Below are positions 26,351-32,246 of a stretch of DNA of 32,246 nucleotides, in pieces. The position numbers and the translations under genes were made by a program. How positions within the stretch are numbered: the stretch's first letter is position 1; every line of letters begins with the position of its first letter. Under the pieces are notes generated by a model, which was not told the DNA's origin, ran no database searches, and saw nothing but the letters and a program-made list of their open reading frames with translations. The DNA is taken from positions 1-32,246 of IMG/VR virus record IMGVR_UViG_3300025764_000012; one strand, written 5' to 3'. This DNA comes from a virus. Its lineage: Duplodnaviria > Caudoviricetes.

Positions 26351-26526
26351 GCGGTCACGCTCACGAGCCATGCCGACGCGGGGGTGCCGGTCTCGAAGTC
26401 CTGCCAGAGTCTAAGGTTGACCTTACATGTGGCGCACAGGTACACGCGCAGTTCGCGGACCCACCACAGGTGCTCCCAGGGGCCCGGGTGGGCGCTACAT
26501 GCGGCACAGGCTGGCGGATAGGACAT
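26347..26526 (-). CDS. Small CxxC...CxxC protein
   Basis: GAAGGGG RBS; CAAC...CATC. Confidence 0.55.
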   Translation of the reverse strand: MSYPPACAACSAHPGPWEHLWWVRELRVYLCATCKVNLRLWQDFETGTPASAWLVSVTA

Positions 26527-26562
26527 GACGCCATCCCCTTCGGTTTGTTGGGTTCCTACCAA

Positions 26563-26598
26563 GTGCCCGCGTGGCCGGACAGTGAGGACCGCGCGGGC
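26563..26598 (-). repeat. Variant 36-nt hairpin repeat
   Basis: GCCCGCGCGG-TCCTCACTGTCCGG-CCACGCGGGCAC; same length, ends and loop motif as copy A. Confidence 0.7.
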
Positions 26599-26610
26599 GA
26601 TGTGCGTTGC

Positions 26611-26994
26611 TCAGTCGGTCACCTCCCCCTTCTCGATGAGGACGGCCGTGGGCGAGAGCCGCGAGGTCCGCGCGTTGCCGCGCCAGCCGATCACGTCGTT
26701 GCGGTTGATCGGCTGTGCACACTGACGGGCAGCCTGGACGGTGAACGGCGGCGCAGGGTTAGCCAGGTACATGTGCGATCCGTACTCGACCGACGGCTTG
26801 AGCGGCATCAGGTGTTGCCATCCCTCGCTGTCGGAGTACTGGAACGTGCCCCACAGGTTGGTCTCCGGGTCGCGGTAGGTTAGGTAGCCGCCCATGTGCC
26901 CCGGTGTGCGCCACACCTCAAACCCGGCATCGGCCAGGGTCCGAGCATAGGCGGTCAGGTCTTCCTCGTCCTCGGTGGTCTTCTCGGTGTTCAT
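26611..26994 (-). CDS. Hypothetical protein
   Basis: AAGGGA RBS; 127 aa with GC3-rich codons. Confidence 0.75.
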   Translation of the reverse strand: MNTEKTTEDEEDLTAYARTLADAGFEVWRTPGHMGGYLTYRDPETNLWGTFQYSDSEGWQHLMPLKPSVEYGSHMYLANPAPPFTVQAARQCAQPINRNDVIGWRGNARTSRLSPTAVLIEKGEVTD

Positions 26995-27045
26995 GGTGCT
27001 TCCCTTCTCCCGGGGCTCGTCGCCCCATCTCGGTGCTACTCTGTA

Positions 27046-27074
27046 AGTGTCCCACGTCTGGTGGAACCTGTCAA
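27046..27074 (-). promoter_or_regulatory. Putative promoter
   Basis: TTGACA-17 nt-GACACT in the intergenic gap. Confidence 0.5.
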
Positions 27075-27138
27075 GCGTGTAGCGTGTCGCGCTTCCGGCG
27101 CGTGCACATGACGCGGACGAACAAGCGTAGGTGCCAGA

Positions 27139-27435
27139 TCAGCACGGGAGGTCTCCGACATCCTCGAAGGTCGGGGCGCCGGTAAAGATATGCTCGTCCC
27201 CCATGACGGCGCGGATAATCTGGTCGTCGGTCGCGTCCACCCCGCGGGGGTGACCCTCTGAGAGGCACATGGTTGTACTGTTGAGAGACACGCAGGCCCG
27301 AACGGCGCCGCTGGAGCGTTCGCGGATAACGGCAGTGACGCTCGGCTCATCCCAGCGGTCCCCTAGACCCCGGCTCATGTGAGCGATTCCGGCAGTCCTG
27401 CGCTCCACGGTGAAGCGGTTGACGCTAACAGTCAT
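27139..27435 (-). CDS. Hypothetical protein
   Basis: GGAAGGA RBS; 98 aa. Confidence 0.6.
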   Translation of the reverse strand: MTVSVNRFTVERRTAGIAHMSRGLGDRWDEPSVTAVIRERSSGAVRACVSLNSTTMCLSEGHPRGVDATDDQIIRAVMGDEHIFTGAPTFEDVGDLPC

Positions 27436-27472
27436 GATCCCATTCCTTCCCTAGCGGTTGGGTAACCCTTAC

Positions 27473-27508
27473 GTGCCCGGGCGCCGATCTGTGAGCGCAC
27501 GCCCGGGC
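27473..27508 (-). repeat. 36-nt intergenic hairpin repeat, copy B
   Basis: Identical to 23392-23427. Confidence 0.9.
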
Positions 27509-27515
27509 CACCGTG

Positions 27516-27824
27516 CTAAGCAAAGTGCTGGCGGCATTCCCCCGGTTCGTAAGAGTAGTGGTGGGGAGAATCGCACTCGGGACAAGTGCGCTCGGTGGCG
27601 GGCTCCTCCTCGTCATAGGCGCCACCGTCCACGACGACGCCACCGTGGCGCAGGGCCTCACCCTGCGCGGTGTCGCGGTCGAGATACCAAAGTGGGGCCC
27701 CGCCCTTGCCCTTCGCCACCGCCCCATCTCGGCGCTGGATCATATAGTGCACGGGCCAGGTCCCGACGATGCCGGGGTGACGGGCGCCGGACGAGTCGAT
27801 ATAGGTGCAGCGTTGCGCGGTCAT
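27516..27824 (-). CDS. Hypothetical protein with C-terminal CxxC
   Basis: ATG follows the upstream TGA; CPECD.PH......C..H. Confidence 0.55.
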   Translation of the reverse strand: MTAQRCTYIDSSGARHPGIVGTWPVHYMIQRRDGAVAKGKGGAPLWYLDRDTAQGEALRHGGVVVDGGAYDEEEPATERTCPECDSPHHYSYEPGECRQHFA

Positions 27825-27825
27825 G

Positions 27826-28368
27826 TCATGCCCACCATGTATAAGCGTGCCGTGATCCGTCGAGGGTACACCCGCACCCGTCGCACCGATTCCGGGACAT
27901 TTCGCGTGTCTCGCACCCGGTCGAGTGACTATCGGAATCAGTCTCCCAGTGATCCGGGATGCCACAGTCTAGGCCGACCGTTGCATCGGTGTCGGGCTCA
28001 AGGGACCACGGGACGCACGCGGGGTTACACCCGCACGCCTCGCGGCCACGCTCGCCGGTGTCGCGTGCCAGGTAGCACGCGACACACACCCACAGGACAC
28101 CCTGAGCGGTCGGGCGTCGTCGCCCCATCTCGGTGCCCTCTTGAACGTCGGGCGCGGTGATCCATGCCACGATGCCGGGGTGCTTGGCACTCACGGCCGT
28201 GGTCGCGTATCCCATCGCCCGGAGTTGTCCGAGCAGGTCCCGAACCGTGGCAACGGGCACGCGGCCCGGTAGCACGGTCTTCAACTCGGCCGGAGTGTGC
28301 GGAGTGTCACAGAGACAGCGGTACACTTGGCGCTGGGCGCCCGTCAGGTTCAGTAGGTCTATCATCAT
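27826..28368 (-). CDS. Winged-HTH-like N-terminus fused to a Cys-rich domain
   Basis: LT..QR.VY..L.....T..EL........TVR..L..L...GY, then WVCVAC...CDGCG..L.G.RH. Confidence 0.6.
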   Translation of the reverse strand: MMIDLLNLTGAQRQVYRCLCDTPHTPAELKTVLPGRVPVATVRDLLGQLRAMGYATTAVSAKHPGIVAWITAPDVQEGTEMGRRRPTAQGVLWVCVACYLARDTGERGREACGCNPACVPWSLEPDTDATVGLDCGIPDHWETDSDSHSTGCETREMSRNRCDGCGCTLDGSRHAYTWWA

Positions 28369-28439
28369 CCCATCCTTCCATCATGTCCGGTATCTGCCAG
28401 ACTCCACCCGGTACGGTCGCCCGCACCGGATGGGGCTTG

Positions 28440-29066
28440 TCAGACTCCAGCGTAGTACGTGGGCACCAGGTCGGTCGGGGGAAGCGTGACGCTAGTCCGA
28501 CTCCCCGGGTCACCCTGCCGGTGAACCTCCAGCAGCACGGTGGCGGCAGGCCCGACCGTCTCGCGGTTGTAGGTGACTGCCCAGCGCGAACCTGGGGACA
28601 GTTCGATCACGTCGCCCGGCCGCAGATAGCGGGCCAGGATATTTCGTTTGTCGTCGCCCCATCCCGGTGCCGTAGCGTGAGCGGCAGCCGCGTAGGCGTG
28701 GAGGTCGAACTCAGGTTCGGCGTGCCGCACGGGTGGCAGCGGGTCCGGGCCGACTAGTTCGCCCTCACCAATCACCAGCGCGATGGCTTCCTGGCGGTAC
28801 ACGCGGGCCAGGTCTCCGATCTCTGCGCGCAGCCACTCGGCGTCGCGTTCCTGGCCCCACGTTGTGCCGTACCGGGCGATCTTGGCAGAGTCCTCGACTA
28901 CGCCGCCCCACTCTCCTACGCCGTAGTGGGACTCAAGCCGCCCCGCGCCAGTTGTGGCATAGGCTAGGACGGTGCGCACGCGCCTCTGGAGCGCTTCCCA
29001 GTGGTTCGCGCTCATGGGAGCGCCCGCTATGTTGCGGCCGACCGTTACAGTGATTGTAAGTGTCAT
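28440..29066 (-). CDS. Hypothetical protein
   Basis: GGAAGGAATGAGG RBS; TV.VGRN....PM...W, G.GEW.G..E.S, Y.QEAIA. Confidence 0.7.
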   Translation of the reverse strand: MTLTITVTVGRNIAGAPMSANHWEALQRRVRTVLAYATTGAGRLESHYGVGEWGGVVEDSAKIARYGTTWGQERDAEWLRAEIGDLARVYRQEAIALVIGEGELVGPDPLPPVRHAEPEFDLHAYAAAAHATAPGWGDDKRNILARYLRPGDVIELSPGSRWAVTYNRETVGPAATVLLEVHRQGDPGSRTSVTLPPTDLVPTYYAGV

Positions 29067-29084
29067 GTCCTCATTCCTTCCCTC

Positions 29085-29154
29085 AGTGGCGGGCTCATCA
29101 GCGATGGGATGCCAGCCCATCGGACTAGGGCCACGGCCCTAGTTTCGCCTCACT
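29085..29154 (-). ncRNA. Hammerhead ribozyme (type II, open stem II)
   Basis: Minus strand reads AGUGAGGC-GAAA-CUAGGGC(CGUG)GCCCUAG-UC-CGAUGGG(CUGGCAU)CCCAUCG-CUGAUGA-GCCCGCCACU. All core nucleotides and three stems are present. Confidence 0.93.
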
Positions 29155-29156
29155 TG

Positions 29157-29444
29157 TCAGAGATCCTCCCCGCACGCATCGCACGTCTCGCCGTTCGAGT
29201 CGGACGAGTGGATCACCTTAGGGAAGTCCCCCGAGTCGAAGGTACGCTCGTCGTCGCGGTCGATGCCGAACCCTGCCGCTAGTTCTGTCAGGTTGTCTTC
29301 GGCTGGCATGTGGGTGAGATCCTCCCACCCATCGAACGGCTCACCCTCGCCCGTGGGTAGCGCGATCAGGGTGCACGCCGGGCAGAGTATTTCTGCTTGG
29401 AACGTGTACCCAACGATCTCCCATGCCTTGCGCCCGTATCCCAT
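29157..29444 (-). CDS. Hypothetical protein
   Basis: IVGYT..AE..CP.C, D..DE.TFDSGDFPKVI, CD.CG..L; GGAAGGA RBS. Confidence 0.75.
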   Translation of the reverse strand: MGYGRKAWEIVGYTFQAEILCPACTLIALPTGEGEPFDGWEDLTHMPAEDNLTELAAGFGIDRDDERTFDSGDFPKVIHSSDSNGETCDACGEDL

Positions 29445-29514
29445 GATGCCGTTCCTTCCGTTGTCGTTGACCTTCCATCGCGGCGCACGGTCGCCCGCGC
29501 GTCGCGATGACGTG

Positions 29515-30273
29515 TCAGCGCTCGAACGTGCTCCACCCGTGCTCGGCATGTCCCGTAGTGAACAGGTCGCCCGCGATGCGGTCAGCAAGCGCTGAGGTAG
29601 CGGTGGCGTAAGGCGATGCCACTAGCACCGCGTAGACTGCCCCTAGCAGCGTCGTAGCAGCCTCGGTTAGATCGTAGCGGTAGTTGCCATGCCGGATATG
29701 CTCGGTCACGGTAAACCGGTTCGGCGTGGGGGTGTCGTCGGTCACGCGAGCCGCGCGGATCTCAGTCTCACGCTTAGCGAGATCCTGGCACGCGGCGCAC
29801 TTGCAACGGACATATCCGGCAGGGTAGTCGAGTGCGTTGAAAGGTTCGGCCGCGTATGCACTGGAGTCGAGTCGGTCGGCCGCGTCGCGGATCTCGGCGT
29901 GCTCGCCGTCGGTAGCGTCATACGCGGGCACGTCGAACGCGACGCTAGGGCGACGCGCTATCTCTGCTAGTGCAGCATCGCCGCGCGCGGTCCCTGCCCA
30001 CTGGCTCGCGTAGCGGCCCAGCGCGTCGCCGTTCAAGTCTGCGGGGTTGATACTGGCGACCCGTCGCGCCTCGATAGCGCGAAGCGCTGCGCGTGTCGTG
30101 GTGGGAATGGGTGCCACTAGCGCGGCGTCGGCCGCGTCGCTCCGGTCCTGCGCGCTACGTCCGGCGTTAGCCTGCGAGTGGATGAGCGATGCTAGTCTCT
30201 CCTTGCGTGTCCAGCGTCGGTCGGTGTCGGCCTGGTTGCGCCCGGACTGCCAGGCGATGTCGTTGTAGGTCAC
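29515..30273 (-). CDS. Hypothetical protein (Ala/Arg-rich)
   Basis: GGAAGGA RBS then GTG; 252 aa. Confidence 0.65.
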   Translation of the reverse strand: MTYNDIAWQSGRNQADTDRRWTRKERLASLIHSQANAGRSAQDRSDAADAALVAPIPTTTRAALRAIEARRVASINPADLNGDALGRYASQWAGTARGDAALAEIARRPSVAFDVPAYDATDGEHAEIRDAADRLDSSAYAAEPFNALDYPAGYVRCKCAACQDLAKRETEIRAARVTDDTPTPNRFTVTEHIRHGNYRYDLTEAATTLLGAVYAVLVASPYATATSALADRIAGDLFTTGHAEHGWSTFER

Positions 30274-30353
30274 GGTTCGATCCTTCCCTAGTCGTGATGC
30301 TTGCGTGCCCGCCCAGGACTCGATCCTGGGAGTGTGCCGCTCGGGCGGTGGTG

Positions 30354-30626
30354 CTAGGCGCGGGTGTCGAACCGCTCGACGTAGGCGCGGGCAGACTCGA
30401 CAGTGTACGTGCCGGTAAGCAGCGCGGCCTGCTTATTTGCGAGACTACGCGAGCCCCACTGGTCAAGCCATGTGCCGTATTGGTTGCGCACGACGTAGCG
30501 GTAGGTGCCCGTCGTGCCGGTCTCGACGTCGCCGTCGGGCTCGCGTGTCACGGTGTAGGAGACGGGGAGGGCCTCGCGCTCGGCCACGCGGATACGGTGG
30601 GCGATGTAGTAGTCGTTGCTGTTCAT
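30354..30626 (-). CDS. Hypothetical protein
   Basis: GAAAGG RBS; 90 aa. Confidence 0.65.
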   Translation of the reverse strand: MNSNDYYIAHRIRVAEREALPVSYTVTREPDGDVETGTTGTYRYVVRNQYGTWLDQWGSRSLANKQAALLTGTYTVESARAYVERFDTRA

Positions 30627-30704
30627 GGTCTCGCCTTTCGTTTGTCGTGCGGCTGAGAGTAGGGACACGGCGCGCGGCCTCAGCCGTGCGCCATGCTCAG
30701 GCGC

Positions 30705-30896
30705 TCAGTCACTCATGGGTGGGTAGCACTCGTCCCAGGTTAGGACGTGCGGTGCGGGGGCGATGGGGCGCGAGCCGCATGACGTGCAAAGCGGGGAGCC
30801 GTTCGGCCCGCGCCACTGTGTTAGCACGCGGCAGGAGGAGCACCGGAGCGAGAAGTCTGCGCGGACCATTCGGCCTATTACTGTGTCGTGCCACAT
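30705..30896 (-). CDS. Small CxxC...CxxC protein
   Basis: GAAGGGG RBS; CSSC...CTSCG. Confidence 0.5.
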   Translation of the reverse strand: MWHDTVIGRMVRADFSLRCSSCRVLTQWRGPNGSPLCTSCGSRPIAPAPHVLTWDECYPPMSD

Positions 30897-31049
30897 GATG
30901 CATCCCCTTCATTTGTCGTGCCCGGTTCGATCCTGTGTCCTCGACGTGTGGGGCACTCCATTCCGTATGCGTTCGGGATACGGGGAGGAGAGGAACCACT
31001 TCCGCTAGACCTGATCGTCTAGGTACGGTCGCCACGTCTACGTACTTGC

Positions 31050-31720
31050 AAGGACCACACTGCCAGCACTGCGCCAGGGGTGCAAGTCCATAGGGCGTGT
31101 CAGCGTGTGATCTTGGTCACACAGGGCAACCTTAGTTAGGACGCCCTTACATGGGCAGGGTGGACGTGCTGCTGCTGCTGCTGCCATGTGTGTGCATCGC
31201 TATGCAGTCGAGTGCATACGCATACGGTAGGACTGTCGGCGTAGTAATGCAAGACACAACTGCCTGATCCTGCCCACTACACACACATACAGACACACAT
31301 GCCCACACATAGCACAAGGTTAGCCTATCCTAACCTTGTGCTCCCTTGACTATGTGCGCAGTCATGCTCTAGGGGCGTGAGCGCGAGCAGCGAGCCCCCC
31401 GGCGAGCGCGTCGAGCGCTCATCTCGACCCGGGGGTTGTTAACTTGACCCCTCCTGTACTTGAGGGTACTGTCCCACGATGTGGTACGTGGGGATACGCC
31501 CACCCCCTCTGACCTGCACGTATGGTCCTACCCTAAAACCTTCACAGAACCTACACATGATAACTGGTATCGCCGTCAGATATTTCATGGATACTAAGGG
31601 TGGGGGGTAGTGAGCGAACGCAGTGAGCGAACGGGGGGAGAGCGTAGGGCCCTCTAGGGAGGGCCCCTACGCGACAGGGGGGTAGCAAGTGCCCCCTCAA
31701 GGGGCACTTGCGTAGGGGGG
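31050..31720. other. Non-coding control / possible genome-terminus region between divergent units
   Basis: No ORFs in the track; lower GC; CA- and GCT-rich low-complexity tracts; several inverted repeats; AGTGAGCGAACG direct repeat. Confidence 0.6.
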
Positions 31721-31721
31721 G

Positions 31722-31750
31722 TTGACACCCACCTGCTCACCGGGTACGCT
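31722..31750 (+). promoter_or_regulatory. Rightward promoter
   Basis: TTGACA-17 nt-TACGCT. Confidence 0.7.
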
Positions 31751-31802
31751 CCCGGGTGACCTGTCCTGAGAATCGGGACATCGAGACACCTGGGGGAAGA
31801 CC

Positions 31803-31940
31803 ATGCTCACCATCATCCTGCTCCTCATCGCCGCTGTCTGCTTCGGTCTTGCCGTGCTGAACGTGGCGAGCAAGATCAACCTCATCGCGCTGGGGCGGTT
31901 CTCCTGGGTTCTGTCCGTCCTGGTCCCCCTGATCCACTGA
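31803..31940 (+). CDS. Small two-helix membrane protein (45 aa)
   Basis: Hand-translated: MLTIILLLIAAVCFGLAVLNVASKINLIALGRFSWVLSVLVPLIH; GGGGGA RBS. Confidence 0.6.
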   Translation: MLTIILLLIAAVCFGLAVLNVASKINLIALGRFSWVLSVLVPLIH

Positions 31941-31974
31941 CACCTTCCGGCCTGGGTGTGATAGGATGTGTCGT

Positions 31975-32124
31975 ATGAGACACGCGACACGCAACCCACC
32001 CGGGCGCTCGGAGCACATCTTCGTCCACCGGGTCCTCGAACTGGCCGGAGAGGCCCTGTACTTCGCGTGGTGCGCGGCCTTCACGATTGTCCTCATCGGC
32101 TGGGCCCTCACCGCGGCGGGGTAG
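31975..32124 (+). CDS. Small membrane protein (49 aa), possibly leaderless
   Basis: TAGGAT 7 nt upstream of the ATG; C-terminal hydrophobic helix. Confidence 0.45.
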   Translation: MRHATRNPPGRSEHIFVHRVLELAGEALYFAWCAAFTIVLIGWALTAAG

Positions 32125-32246
32125 GGATAGGATCTAGTCGTACCCCGGTGGACCTGCCGCACATCTGTTGGTGGCGGGCACCGAGGTCGTCGGGGAGACG
32201 GGCAAGTGACGCCCGCAGCGGCCTAGAGACGCGCCCGACCCGTCCC

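Noticed and set aside
27433-30290. Repeated TCCTTCC(CT) motif at several gene starts
   Set aside because: It is the reverse complement of the Shine-Dalgarno-like GGAAGGA of minus-strand genes.
30305-30346. tRNA gene (T-arm-like GGATCGAGTCC; GGTTCGATCC at 30274 and 30924)
   Set aside because: No D-arm, anticodon arm or full cloverleaf could be built; retained only as a structured repeat.

Overview
This is a high-GC tailed phage genome segment, most likely from an actinobacteriophage (inferred from GC content, leaderless promoters and L5-like replication genes). Left part (1-9370, +): the 3' end of an N4-gp56-type major capsid gene, a lysis cassette (holin-like protein and M15 peptidase endolysin), an endonuclease VII, putative adaptor/tail/fibre genes, a peptidoglycan-binding protein and a permuted NlpC/P60 amidase, closed by a strong terminator. 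9456-13937 (-): an operon of small genes with a tyrosine recombinase and two HNH genes. 14178-22411 (+): a replication/recombination module (HNH, PD-(D/E)XK exonuclease, DnaB/RecA-fold ATPase, DUF3310, Holliday junction resolvase, split primase, phosphoesterase, sigma-like factor) with no DNA polymerase. 22519-30900 (-): a probable early region of small genes, followed by a non-coding control/terminus-like region. Main observations: (1) an intact hammerhead ribozyme between early genes, alongside families of repeated intergenic RNA hairpins; (2) a translationally coupled array of divergent 50-62 aa M-[KRN]-[STG]-V microproteins, mostly missed by the ORF track, with dispersed relatives; (3) HNH genes that have multiplied within the genome and carry captured C-termini of other genes; (4) a 20-bp oriented repeat; (5) an IdeR/DtxR-like box. 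All protein family calls come from motif recognition by eye; no database searches were run.
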